A DNA stretch of 64,000 bases from positions 1 to 64,000 of the IMG/VR virus record IMGVR_UViG_3300009008_000009; one strand, given 5' to 3'. The notes beneath the pieces were generated by a model. That model was given only the letters and a program-made list of their open reading frames with translations. It searched no databases and had not been told where the DNA came from. A program made the position numbers and the translations under genes. Origin of the DNA: a virus. This document shows, one piece after another, positions 18,309 through 27,390 of this stretch; within the stretch, counting starts at the first letter, position 1, and every line of letters begins with the position of its first letter.

Positions 18309-18380
18309 AAAACCTCGGTGGAGCTTTCACCCCACCGAGATCCAAGGGGAAGGAGGCACTACCTGCCGAAGATGCCTCAC
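18309..18380 (-). ncRNA. Putative small RNA of about 70 nt with CCTCCTTCCCC tract and intrinsic terminator
   Basis: TATCAT at 18384-18389, 5' hairpin GAGGCA/TGCCTC, terminator CTCGGTGGGG-TGAAAG-CTCCACCGAG-GTTTT. Confidence 0.45.
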
Positions 18381-18420
18381 ACAATGATAGACAAAGCGAG
18401 AACCCCATGGACCTCGTTTA

Positions 18421-18771
18421 TCACCATAGTTTGATCATTCGCTGCGGCTTTGGTTTCGGTGCGGGAGCGAACTTCAAAATCCCCGGTGCGATGTTGTTTT
18501 CCGGTCGCAAGCGGTCGGGCATCTCCGGGCGACCAAATCCAAGAATCACGTCTCCTGCGACCTGCATCGCCTCCTCCGGCGACCGACCACGGTCAAGGGC
18601 GTCGTTGATGGCTGCGTTGAACTGTTCCACCCGTTCCGGGGTGTTGACCACTTCACACATCGGACCTTGCCCGGCTTCTGACGGTGGTTGCATGGTCCAC
18701 AAAACTTCAGGGTCTTGCCCGACCATCTTACAGACACGAACAAGACCCTGCGGCACGTCGCTGTGTTCCAT
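18421..18771 (-). CDS. Hypothetical protein
   Basis: ORF with AGGAG RBS. Confidence 0.65.
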   Translation of the reverse strand: MEHSDVPQGLVRVCKMVGQDPEVLWTMQPPSEAGQGPMCEVVNTPERVEQFNAAINDALDRGRSPEEAMQVAGDVILGFGRPEMPDRLRPENNIAPGILKFAPAPKPKPQRMIKLW

Positions 18772-18774
18772 CGG

Positions 18775-19281
18775 CTACTTCTCCTTGTTATGAACTGGAA
18801 GTTCCATGCACTTTTCGCATGTCACTGGAGTGCTGTCGTCCACAATCGTCATCCGAGCTCCCAACAAGCGGCTGCGTGACTGCATCTTCACTGCACCGCA
18901 TGATGGCTGGTATAGTTCGTCTGTTGAAATCTTCAGGGTAGCATAGTGAATGTGGGTGCCGTCGCCGACGCGGACCTTGACTACTTTGTAGTCGCTCATG
19001 TCAGGTGGCATGGGCTTACGGGTCTCGAACCGTTCCCATGCGTGCTGACGGACGGTGTCTGGGTCCAGTGGCTTATCGTAGTCGGTGTGCCCATCTGCCT
19101 TGTTCTCAAAGCAGCAAGCGTAGAAGCAGGATATGTATGGAAACTCAGTGCTTCCCGGGTTTTCAACCTTGTCGAAGCCGGGAAGTGTAATCCAGTAAGT
19201 CCCCATCCCCTTTGGATAGCTATCGCGGCGTACGTGCCCGCCAGCGTCTTGGATGGCCTTACGGAATGCGCGGTCTTTCAT
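18775..19281 (-). CDS. Hypothetical early protein, Cys/His metal-binding
   Basis: Own promoter, GGAGG RBS; HY..CG..VTCEKC. Confidence 0.7.
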   Translation of the reverse strand: MKDRAFRKAIQDAGGHVRRDSYPKGMGTYWITLPGFDKVENPGSTEFPYISCFYACCFENKADGHTDYDKPLDPDTVRQHAWERFETRKPMPPDMSDYKVVKVRVGDGTHIHYATLKISTDELYQPSCGAVKMQSRSRLLGARMTIVDDSTPVTCEKCMELPVHNKEK

Positions 19282-19304
19282 GGTATCCTCCAGTGTTGAT
19301 TATG

Positions 19305-19355
19305 CACATGTACATGATAAGAAAAACCTCTATAGGATGCAAGTCCTATAGAGGT
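19305..19355 (-). promoter_or_regulatory. Hairpin-embedded promoter TTGCAT-N17-TATCATGTACATGTG
   Basis: Perfect stem ACCTCTATAGGA/TCCTATAGAGGT around -35 (19337-19342); -10 at 19314-19319. Confidence 0.85.
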
Positions 19356-19377
19356 ATCTAAGAGAATATCGTTAGGT

Positions 19378-19710
19378 CTAATCTATATTTAACCCATCAA
19401 CCACATCCGAAGTATGATCAATGAATCCTTTCATATTTTCATCCATAAGATAGGCGTTATCATTAAGTAACTTGTATATATCAGCAATCCCAGTCATAAT
19501 TCCGTCAATGAGATGCGCCCCGTTATCACTGACCGGTTCCACGGCATTCTTTGCGAGTGCAAGATCAGAGTATAGATCTTCCAGCTCCCCACTAACTTCC
19601 CGCAGCTTTGTAGCTGCGTTTTTGAGACGTTCTTTCGAGCCAGCAACAGTCTCGCTGGGAGACAACTGAGACTGAACTTCAATCATATCTGCAATTCGTG
19701 TTATTGGCAT
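19378..19710 (-). CDS. Hypothetical helical protein
   Basis: Start MPITRIA with GAGG RBS. Confidence 0.6.
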   Translation of the reverse strand: MPITRIADMIEVQSQLSPSETVAGSKERLKNAATKLREVSGELEDLYSDLALAKNAVEPVSDNGAHLIDGIMTGIADIYKLLNDNAYLMDENMKGFIDHTSDVVDGLNID

Positions 19711-19819
19711 AACTACCCTCACAAAATGATAAACGTAGCACTCAGTAAATGATAGAGTCCGAGGGTCATTATTCGACCCCCGGACATGGTAGATTACTAG
19801 TTATCTACTGTCATAGTAC

Positions 19820-20647
19820 TTAGCCGAGGATGTCAATGTTCTGGCTGAGGATGCTTGGTGCTGCACCTGCCTCTCGCCAGTCGGTCATCTCGTTGTCGGC
19901 GTTGAAGAAGGCTGTGCCCATGTCCATGCCGTTGCCGCCAAGGCCGATGTGCTTATACTGAATCTTGAAGTCGATGTTTCCGGTGCCCATGCTTTTTTCA
20001 TGGAGGCTGCGGTATACCCGGGCGGTGATTGCGCACTCGGTCAGTAGATGCCCGAAGATGCCAATCTCGCCGCCGTGGAGCTTGCAGACGTAGTAGGAAT
20101 ACTCTACCGGGTTCGGTTCACCTTCTTCAGTCTGGTGGTTGCGCGTCCGGCGCATGTTCTGTTCGAACCTGAAGGTGTAGTCGCCACCCAGTCGATACTT
20201 TGCGCGGAAGGTTTCGACCGCTTCTTCATTGAGCGGCAGGGCATCCGCCTCGTCCTTGATGCGCTGGGCTTCCGCCCGTTTCGCCCGTTCCTGTTCCATC
20301 TGGGCCGCGATGGCCTCGTTCTCGGCCTTGACCTTCGGCATCAGCTCGTCGAACTCGTCGGCGGGCATGGTGCTCAGCTGCCATTCGGATACACCCTCGC
20401 CGCCGAGGATGGTATGATGGGCAAAAAGCTGGCCCTTCTTGATCGCGGCTTCGACTGCTTTGAAGTCAACCTTCGGATTGTTTTCGCGGGTGAACCGCTG
20501 GGTCGTCTGTGAATACTGTTCCCGACTACGAACCATGTTGAAGACTTCCTGCGCTCGCTTGCTCAGAATCAGGCCGTTCAGGGTGAAGGTTCCGTCGTCG
20601 TTCGTGGTGTAGTTGCGCTTGCTGTTTGCCAATACTGTGCGTGTCAT
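19820..20647 (-). CDS. Hypothetical early protein
   Basis: 275 aa, AGGAGG RBS, own promoter. Confidence 0.8.
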   Translation of the reverse strand: MTRTVLANSKRNYTTNDDGTFTLNGLILSKRAQEVFNMVRSREQYSQTTQRFTRENNPKVDFKAVEAAIKKGQLFAHHTILGGEGVSEWQLSTMPADEFDELMPKVKAENEAIAAQMEQERAKRAEAQRIKDEADALPLNEEAVETFRAKYRLGGDYTFRFEQNMRRTRNHQTEEGEPNPVEYSYYVCKLHGGEIGIFGHLLTECAITARVYRSLHEKSMGTGNIDFKIQYKHIGLGGNGMDMGTAFFNADNEMTDWREAGAAPSILSQNIDILG

Positions 20648-20687
20648 CTTTCAATCCTCCTGCTGGGGTGTTTGTTATCCTAACGCT

Positions 20688-20752
20688 CACATGTACATGA
20701 TAACACTCCAGCGAGCCAAAAACAACTCATGTACAAGAGTTGCTCTTAGCTC
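20688..20752 (-). promoter_or_regulatory. Hairpin-embedded promoter TTGTTT-N17-TATCATGTACATGTG
   Basis: -35 at 20720-20725, -10 at 20697-20702; 16-bp stem with G.U pairs. Confidence 0.8.
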
Positions 20753-20758
20753 TCAGGG

Positions 20759-20986
20759 TCAACTCAGATCACATACTAAGTTTAACCCAGTTTCCGTAAG
20801 CCAGTACTCACGGAAACGATCACCCCACCGAATACTTCCACGCACCAGACCACGCCGTACAAGTGATGTAACAGTGCTGCTCGGAACCTCGTCGTGCTGC
20901 GGTGAAAGTCCGGCACCCCGGTGCGTTGCCCCAGCCCGCAGCATTTCAAATAGTGTTAGTCTTTGAAGTTTAGTAATCCTCTTCAT
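20759..20986 (-). CDS. Small winged-helix-like protein
   Basis: TVTSLVRRGLV...YWLTETG pattern. Confidence 0.55.
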   Translation of the reverse strand: MKRITKLQRLTLFEMLRAGATHRGAGLSPQHDEVPSSTVTSLVRRGLVRGSIRWGDRFREYWLTETGLNLVCDLS

Positions 20987-20987
20987 G

Positions 20988-21878
20988 TCATCCCTCAAGG
21001 TCAAGTGCTATCTTCCGCAGCTTAGCGCGGTGCTTGTGCTCGATATCCTGAGCCTTCTCGAACAGACTCTGGTCCATGTGGTTGGTGACCGTCCCTTGAA
21101 TCAGGTCGATAAGCACAGTTGGGTTGAGTGCGTCCAGCTCCCATGAACTGTATCCATACTCTTCAACGTACCCATCCGCCCGGGAGTCAGAAAGTTTTGT
21201 TGGGTTTGGCGGTGGCTGGTACTCCTCCACCTGATCATAGTTCAGCGCGATGCGATCAACCTTCAGTGCTGGAAATCCGTGCGTGGTAAGAAAGGTGTCC
21301 ATGCGCTTTACGATGTCACGGGTCATGTCCATACCGCTGGGGTCATGGTCGCCGAGATGGATAATAACCGGTTTGCGATTTGCGGCCCGTTCCATGATCC
21401 GACGAGCTGCCACCCACATCTCGGACAGCGAAACGTAGCCCCGGCAAGAGAACCAAGTGACGTCCAAGGGCTTGCACGCGGCCTCAAGGATACCAGCCAG
21501 CGCTTCCTTCTCAATCCAAACCTCGACGTAGAAGGGCTGGTCGGCCCACTTATCGATGGCGAATTGATCCGCACACGCCCTGACAATTGACGCCGGTCCG
21601 GACCAGTGGCTGTTCTCTTCCTTCTTCCGGGTGCGGTCTTCGATGGCTTCCCAGTCAATGAGCCCAGCCAGCCGTGCATCTGCGACGACCTTGCCCAACT
21701 TCTTGTACTCACGATGGGTGTTCGGAATCAGGTCTCGTGCCACGAACTGGTAGTAAAGCTGCCTGAGTGTGAGCTTGAGATCGTCTGCCAGATACTCATC
21801 GATGATGGTATTTGCGTGCTCAATCAACTGCACGGACTTGGTAGTGAACCTTTTAGGCACATAATCAATCTTTGGCAT
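20988..21878 (-). CDS. Topoisomerase VI-A/Spo11-like TOPRIM-domain protein
   Basis: TLRQLYYQ, VEVWIEKEAL, HLGDHDPSG, SWELDAL motifs. Confidence 0.75.
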   Translation of the reverse strand: MPKIDYVPKRFTTKSVQLIEHANTIIDEYLADDLKLTLRQLYYQFVARDLIPNTHREYKKLGKVVADARLAGLIDWEAIEDRTRKKEENSHWSGPASIVRACADQFAIDKWADQPFYVEVWIEKEALAGILEAACKPLDVTWFSCRGYVSLSEMWVAARRIMERAANRKPVIIHLGDHDPSGMDMTRDIVKRMDTFLTTHGFPALKVDRIALNYDQVEEYQPPPNPTKLSDSRADGYVEEYGYSSWELDALNPTVLIDLIQGTVTNHMDQSLFEKAQDIEHKHRAKLRKIALDLEG

Positions 21879-22353
21879 TGTCGTCCTCACGTGGTTCGAG
21901 CTTGTTGACCTGCTCAATGATTGCCGCTGCTACTTCCGGAGTTCCCCGCTTGCTGGGAATGTGAACGGTCATACAATCTGGCCCACACATGTCAACGATG
22001 CAGCCCTCGTCCTCCAGCATCTTGACCGTGGTCGCGTTAAGCTGTGTCATCATCTTCGCAGCCGCGTCTGCCTGCCTGATATAGTGATCGGTTGCTTGCT
22101 GTGGAATCTCGTGTGGAATGGTAATCGACCGAAATCCGATGTCCACCGATGGGTCGTCAATCATGAACCAGATATTGAGATCGTCATCGATCAACTTGAA
22201 GGCTATCTGCAGGCTCAGCAGCGCCTTGACCGCATGGTCCTCGCTATCGAAGTAGAACGGGCCGTCAAGGGTCCGACCTAACTCTGTGTCTGGCAGCGGG
22301 TCGTTGGTAATGAACCCGTCGAATACGATTCTGTCAATCTTCAGTTCTGGCAT
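21865..22353 (-). CDS. Hypothetical protein
   Basis: ORF with GAGG RBS. Confidence 0.6.
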   Translation of the reverse strand: MPELKIDRIVFDGFITNDPLPDTELGRTLDGPFYFDSEDHAVKALLSLQIAFKLIDDDLNIWFMIDDPSVDIGFRSITIPHEIPQQATDHYIRQADAAAKMMTQLNATTVKMLEDEGCIVDMCGPDCMTVHIPSKRGTPEVAAAIIEQVNKLEPREDDNAKD

Positions 22354-22357
22354 TGTA

Positions 22358-22714
22358 TCAATCCTCATCTGAAAACTTGTCAACAAACCCACGTAGAACG
22401 TCAATGGTTACTAGAATACCTCGATTCTTGTTTTCAACGAACTCCAAGGTGTCCTCTGCGTCCTGCTTGCTTGTCATCTGGTAAAAGCCATCGTTGCCCG
22501 ACCCAATGGGAAGACCGTGCAGTCTAAGCTGCTTCACAACGTCACTTATCTTGCGCTGGACGGTACCGAGGTCTTTCTCCATCTTGCCCGACGCGGTTAC
22601 CGGGTTATCTCGCGTGCGTCTCCAGACCCGCTTAAGAACCGCCTGCCCAAAGGAAGAGATACATAAGTACTTCCCTTCTTTGAGGGTGAAGATGTTGTCA
22701 TTCGATGTCGTCAC
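22358..22714 (-). CDS. HTH-like DNA-binding protein
   Basis: RKISDVVKQLRLHGLPIGSGNDGFY resembles a phage HTH family. Confidence 0.55.
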   Translation of the reverse strand: MTTSNDNIFTLKEGKYLCISSFGQAVLKRVWRRTRDNPVTASGKMEKDLGTVQRKISDVVKQLRLHGLPIGSGNDGFYQMTSKQDAEDTLEFVENKNRGILVTIDVLRGFVDKFSDED

Positions 22715-22727
22715 TGGTCGTCACCTT

Positions 22728-23006
22728 TCAATAGAGAAACTTGCTAGTCTGGTCCTGCAGCATACGCGAAGCCTCATAGAGGGCGGCTCTTGAAGCCTCG
22801 AGCTTTGTCCGCAAACGAACGCCGGCCTCCATACGAATGTTAGCCTCGCTCGTTGACATACACTCCTCAATACCTGTACACTGAAGTACAATTGTATCCT
22901 GAATTGCGATCTCCAAGAAAGCTACTTTCCAGCGGATCTCTTCGAGTTGTTCTTGGAACGAGTCTCTCTCTTTTGTAGTCACGTCTCTCTCCTTTGTTGT
23001 AAACAC
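22728..23006 (-). CDS. Coiled-coil hypothetical protein
   Basis: ORF with TTKERD tandem duplication. Confidence 0.5.
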   Translation of the reverse strand: MFTTKERDVTTKERDSFQEQLEEIRWKVAFLEIAIQDTIVLQCTGIEECMSTSEANIRMEAGVRLRTKLEASRAALYEASRMLQDQTSKFLY

Positions 23007-23095
23007 CTTGTGCCTCTGTTGGGTCTCGCTCCCTTACAATTGGAAATGGAAGACGAAGGGAGTCTAGAAAGTCAGGGTCTTTAACCAGTAAGTCA

Positions 23096-23380
23096 TCATA
23101 GTCCACCCCCGGTCCACCCCATATTCCTCGGCATCTCAATGGCATGTGCCTCGACCAACATATCGAACTTCAGTTGGGTCTCATCATCAAAGCGAACCTT
23201 GGATCGCAGACTCTCGTTCTCTTCTATAAGATCAGCCAACTCTGCCTTGATCTTTGGATCACTGATACTCTTCTTTTTCATCTCAGTGATACCATTCTCA
23301 GTTCTGGTGAGAGTAACGTCCACCGTATTCTTAAGCCGTTTGACCTCAAGCAGATGCGCAATGACATGGTGCTTTCGCAT
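23096..23380 (-). CDS. Hypothetical early protein
   Basis: Start MRKHH with GAGG RBS, own promoter. Confidence 0.7.
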   Translation of the reverse strand: MRKHHVIAHLLEVKRLKNTVDVTLTRTENGITEMKKKSISDPKIKAELADLIEENESLRSKVRFDDETQLKFDMLVEAHAIEMPRNMGWTGGGL

Positions 23381-23404
23381 AGCCGCCTCAGTAAATTGAT
23401 GGTT

Positions 23405-23451
23405 GTACATGATAAAGACAGCCCGCACAGGATGCAAGTCCTGTACAGGCT
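23405..23451 (-). promoter_or_regulatory. Hairpin-embedded promoter TTGCAT-N17-TATCATGTAC
   Basis: -35 at 23432-23437 in loop, -10 at 23409-23414. Confidence 0.8.
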
Positions 23452-23457
23452 TTACTC

Positions 23458-23802
23458 TCAGCATACAAAGCTGCAGGTGTCGTTATTGAACTCGTAGACA
23501 GGTTCGATACTTTCCCAGTCACAAAGCCGGAACCCAGTCTCCTCGTCCGTCCACGAGTGTTCGTAAACCTGCTGCTCAGCCTGCACCGTAAACTGACCGT
23601 CTTTGAGGTGCTTGTTTACGTAGGCAGACGCGAGCCCGAGGTTTGGGAAGCTCCGGGTGTTCTCGATGAGCTCATCGATGTCCGGGTACTCCATCCCTTC
23701 CTTCCACCAGTCTGGTTCTGTCCACCAGAAAATTTTCCAGCGCTTGTCACCCTCTCTTGTGGTCGGCAGTGGTGGGCTCTCGACGGATCTCCGTAACTCC
23801 AA
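23458..23802 (-). CDS. Hypothetical protein
   Basis: ORF in minus-strand operon. Confidence 0.5.
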   Translation of the reverse strand: MELRRSVESPPLPTTREGDKRWKIFWWTEPDWWKEGMEYPDIDELIENTRSFPNLGLASAYVNKHLKDGQFTVQAEQQVYEHSWTDEETGFRLCDWESIEPVYEFNNDTCSFVC

Positions 23803-23831
23803 AGGAGGAGCTAAAATAGGGGGTTTGTTGG

Positions 23832-24167
23832 CTAAATAAGTCTCGCCATACGTCCAACAATGTCAATACGGTCGTACCGGGTACCATCTGACTCAAACAG
23901 CTTACCCTTCTCATGGAATCGGATAACATAGGTCTTATCACCTTCGTCGCAGTGAAAAATACATACGCGGAAGCGACGGGCCTTACCATGATACATGAGA
24001 TCTATAGACTCTCCGCCCTCAAGACGAGTCTTACCAAGATAGTCATGTACCTTGCCATCCTCTTTCTTACGAACAATCTCGAACATGTCGCCAGTAATTG
24101 ACTGTTCCTTCTCAGGGGACTTTGACTTCTTCTTCAGTTTCAGTGGTTCACGCTTCTTGAGTAACAC
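23832..24167 (-). CDS. Hypothetical protein with basic N-terminus
   Basis: GAGGTG RBS; MLLKKREPLKLKKK. Confidence 0.6.
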   Translation of the reverse strand: MLLKKREPLKLKKKSKSPEKEQSITGDMFEIVRKKEDGKVHDYLGKTRLEGGESIDLMYHGKARRFRVCIFHCDEGDKTYVIRFHEKGKLFESDGTRYDRIDIVGRMARLI

Positions 24168-24170
24168 AAC

Positions 24171-24500
24171 TCACCTCACAAACTTTGAAATGTCGAGTTC
24201 CCAGCTGAACTCGCTCCGCTCATCGCATTCCATCTTGACCTGCTCAATGTGTTCTTCTACGTGGTTACGGGTCCAACCATTAACCCGCATAATATGTTCT
24301 ACAGCTTCTTCGTATCTCCCAATCCGCTGTGCCCGACCAATGTGAATAGAAAGATGGCACAACGGACAAAGAGCAATGATATCAGTTAGAGTCTGTGTCC
24401 AAGTATCAAAGTTAAAGTCCCAGACCTCGTGGGCTTCAACGGGGTGCTTAGGACTACAACCAGCGTCCTTTGTACCTCCCAAGGAATCTATTTGCAGCAA
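24171..24500 (-). pseudogene. HNH endonuclease-like gene, probably N-terminally truncated
   Basis: HPVEAHEVW...IALCPLCHLSIH; first CxxC absent, start overlaps upstream gene. Confidence 0.5.
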
Positions 24501-25161
24501 CGTGCCACGCTGGCTTGATCTCCCCCCTGCTCATGTGGGCAACGTCGGTGAGAACTGCGTAGCAGGCGGGCTGGTTATTGTGCTCCAACATGAAGTTTGA
24601 CATGTTGAGTGTAAAGGCGATGTCGTAGAAGTGAGTGGTGAACTCATGGTCCCACGGACTCGTCTTCATGGTCTCCAAGTATGCATCAACAACAGACCTC
24701 CTGACAGCGATGCAACACCCGTCCAGAACGACCACAGGTCCGGGTCCGCCGAAGTAGGTAAACCCGAACGTAGTCTCGCCGTGACGGGCTTGACCGGTTG
24801 GATGCATAACAAAGCCCCGGTTCGGGCCGTTGTACATGTCTGCGGTGTGGGGTGCTTGAACCCACCACGCCGGATGGTGCTGTGGATGATAAGCTCGAGA
24901 CCCAGCAACCCCAACCACAGGATAGTGATCGAGAACGATATCAATATGTGCCAGAAAGTCGTCTGGCTTACGAATTGAAAAGTCATCGTGCTTGAACACA
25001 ACAACGTCACCACCTACTGTATTGAATCCACGTTCCCACGCTTGACTCAAATTGCCATCGGCGCACTCAACTAAAGTAGTTACAGCCAGATCTTCAGGGA
25101 CTTGGAACTGGTCCGAGTCCCCCGGCCTGACTGGAACGATGATCTTGTAAGATCGACTCAT
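24454..25161 (-). CDS. GT-A fold glycosyltransferase-like protein
   Basis: VVFKHDD, VVGVAG, VVLDG, HFYDI, AHMSRG motifs. Confidence 0.7.
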   Translation of the reverse strand: MSRSYKIIVPVRPGDSDQFQVPEDLAVTTLVECADGNLSQAWERGFNTVGGDVVVFKHDDFSIRKPDDFLAHIDIVLDHYPVVGVAGSRAYHPQHHPAWWVQAPHTADMYNGPNRGFVMHPTGQARHGETTFGFTYFGGPGPVVVLDGCCIAVRRSVVDAYLETMKTSPWDHEFTTHFYDIAFTLNMSNFMLEHNNQPACYAVLTDVAHMSRGEIKPAWHVAANRFLGRYKGRWL

Positions 25162-25895
25162 TTGGACTCCTGCTCTTCAAGCTGGCGAACCATGGACTGC
25201 ACCTTGTCAATGACCATCTCAGAAAGCTCACCGGTGCCGTAGTCCTTGGACGTGTCAATACCCACCGCACGTGCAACAGCGGCCTTGAAACCACTCAGCT
25301 CATTCATCCGATTCTGCTGGTATGCAATGTGGTTGCTGATCGGAAGTGGTACGGTCGTCTGCACTGGGAATTGCTCCCCTTGGTCCACCGAAGGATGTCC
25401 AATTGTATCTGACTCTTCAATCGGAACAGGATCAATAAAATCCGGGGGGTCAAGTGGGAACTTATCGCCTTCGGCACGAACCGTCAGTCTACCAAACAGC
25501 TCTTCGCCGGTCAGATGCTGGCGATCCTTGATCCAGTCATGGATACGCTCGCAGGCTAACTCCCATGCCCCCCGAGGTGAGACCCCAAACGGCGACCCAC
25601 CGAGAATCTCCTTCAGCTCGGGAATGGATGCGCGGAGATCTTCAAGTGCCTTCGGGTCGTTGCTCTCAAAAGCGTCGATTACCATGCCCATGTAGTTCCG
25701 AAACATCAAGATCACATTCCGGGCCGACATGAGGGCGTCACCAATAACAACGTCACTATCACTTTTGAGATCGACGGGGACTCGCATTGTCCAGCGACGA
25801 CCACCGCGATAAGGCCCGTCACACAGAGCGGAAACCTCATCGTGTGCCTTTGCCAGCTTGGTAAAGACGTTCTGGTTTAACATCTCTTGGATCAT
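25158..25895 (-). CDS. Hypothetical protein
   Basis: 245 aa coupled ORF. Confidence 0.65.
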   Translation of the reverse strand: MIQEMLNQNVFTKLAKAHDEVSALCDGPYRGGRRWTMRVPVDLKSDSDVVIGDALMSARNVILMFRNYMGMVIDAFESNDPKALEDLRASIPELKEILGGSPFGVSPRGAWELACERIHDWIKDRQHLTGEELFGRLTVRAEGDKFPLDPPDFIDPVPIEESDTIGHPSVDQGEQFPVQTTVPLPISNHIAYQQNRMNELSGFKAAVARAVGIDTSKDYGTGELSEMVIDKVQSMVRQLEEQESK

Positions 25896-26200
25896 TCGAC
25901 ATCCTCCGTTTTCTTTTGAATCACGAGTCTTAAGTCAGTACCATAAGATTCATCGCGAGAAGACTGGCTTCTGAAAAAAGACCATACGTCGTCAGACGTG
26001 AATCCCTTACGGTTATACAGATCATGGACTATCAATAGAAAGTCATTCTTGGCTTCTTCCGGTAGAGGGCCAACCACCTCCACAGCGAAGTCTTCTAGTC
26101 CATCCATCGGTATAGCAACAAGATCTGGGTTTGCATCAAACTCTTTCCAGAGTTCTTCCGCCAAGTCATCTACATAATTTGAAAACTCAGCTCCGGGCAT
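25892..26200 (-). CDS. Hypothetical protein
   Basis: Coupled ORF. Confidence 0.6.
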   Translation of the reverse strand: MPGAEFSNYVDDLAEELWKEFDANPDLVAIPMDGLEDFAVEVVGPLPEEAKNDFLLIVHDLYNRKGFTSDDVWSFFRSQSSRDESYGTDLRLVIQKKTEDVE

Positions 26201-26201
26201 A

Positions 26202-26648
26202 TTAACCCCCGTATTTATAAACCTTCACATCGATATCCGAGTAGTCTTCAAATACCTCGATGACCAGTGGCTTGACGTCCTCCCACTTGAGCCCACCAAG
26301 CCCACATCCGAGAAGTGGAAGTGCTACCGTCTTGATCTTGTGCGCGTCCAGTAGCTTCGCCAAGGCATACAAGCCCTCTCGGATGTATGAGATCTGCGAT
26401 GGGTTCTTCCAGTGGTCCTTGGTCGGGAAGTTGAAAATATAGATGCCGGACTCAGTTCTCAGCATCTGAACCTCGCCCGGCACCAGCGCTTCCTCATCGC
26501 AGGCAGTTCTATATAGATTTATGATCTCTGGAAATCGGATCGCGAAGTCCTGAGCCAGCCCCGCACCCATGCGCCCAGCACAATTGACTGGATTTACAAG
26601 GGCGGCTGCTTTGGACTTGAATATATCTCCGCGAATGTACCGGATCAT
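26202..26648 (-). CDS. Macro domain protein (ADP-ribose hydrolase, DarG/Poa1p-like)
   Basis: GDIF, VNPVNCAGRMGAGLA, NFPTKDHW, LGCGLGGLKW. Confidence 0.9.
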   Translation of the reverse strand: MIRYIRGDIFKSKAAALVNPVNCAGRMGAGLAQDFAIRFPEIINLYRTACDEEALVPGEVQMLRTESGIYIFNFPTKDHWKNPSQISYIREGLYALAKLLDAHKIKTVALPLLGCGLGGLKWEDVKPLVIEVFEDYSDIDVKVYKYGG

Positions 26649-27154
26649 GATCGATGCACCTCAACTTCGAACTTACCACTCGGCATGTAATAGGTACCCT
26701 TGTTGATCTTGCCGAGCCCATCGAACTTCAGTTGGGTCTCATCATCGTTGGAAATGTCCTGAGTCTCAACTGCACTGAGAATGCTTGGAACCTCGTCCAC
26801 CGAGGTGTAAATCCTGATTCCGATGTTACGTGCCAGCTCCATCTCAACAGCAGCGCCGCTAGACCCGTAAAAGCCCGGAGCACCGACGAGGATGTCCAAC
26901 TCCGGATCAAGACGCCGGACGAGGGATAAGTCCTGCGCCAACCACCACTGCCATGGAACCTCGGGCATCAGCCGTTCGAATCCGGCTGTGTTCTTGTGCG
27001 GGCAAATGACGCCCCAACCTTTCTCAACCAAACAACGCTCAACCGCCTCGGCTGCAGCGATGTTGGACTGGATAGCCTCCGGGCTACTACCTGAATACCG
27101 CCCGAAGACATAGGCAAATCTCTCAACGTATGGTAGAATGAGTTTGGTGCTCAT
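26645..27154 (-). CDS. Nucleoside 2-deoxyribosyltransferase-like (DUF1937/DUF4406-type) protein
   Basis: GRYS, ICPHKNT, WLAQDL, SSGAAVEMELA. Confidence 0.65.
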   Translation of the reverse strand: MSTKLILPYVERFAYVFGRYSGSSPEAIQSNIAAAEAVERCLVEKGWGVICPHKNTAGFERLMPEVPWQWWLAQDLSLVRRLDPELDILVGAPGFYGSSGAAVEMELARNIGIRIYTSVDEVPSILSAVETQDISNDDETQLKFDGLGKINKGTYYMPSGKFEVEVHRS

Positions 27155-27390
27155 TCAGATCTCCCCAGTTGTAGTGCATCCTTACCAGCCGATGAAATAA
27201 CAATCGAGCTGTGTTTATTTATGTAGGTCATACCCTTCTTATCGAGAATGGAAATGGTGCTGGCCAGCGCACGTGCGGCACCTTGACGAGACTTGAACTC
27301 TCGGTCGGGCCATACTTCCTCAGCAATTGCAGCTGGGCGGCTTGGTCCGTTGCTGAGCACAGTAAGTACCTGAAGTTGCAGATCGGTCAT
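27151..27390 (-). CDS. Small winged-HTH protein
   Basis: MTDLQLQVL..IAEEVW..LDKKGM..ISSAG. Confidence 0.55.
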   Translation of the reverse strand: MTDLQLQVLTVLSNGPSRPAAIAEEVWPDREFKSRQGAARALASTISILDKKGMTYINKHSSIVISSAGKDALQLGRSE

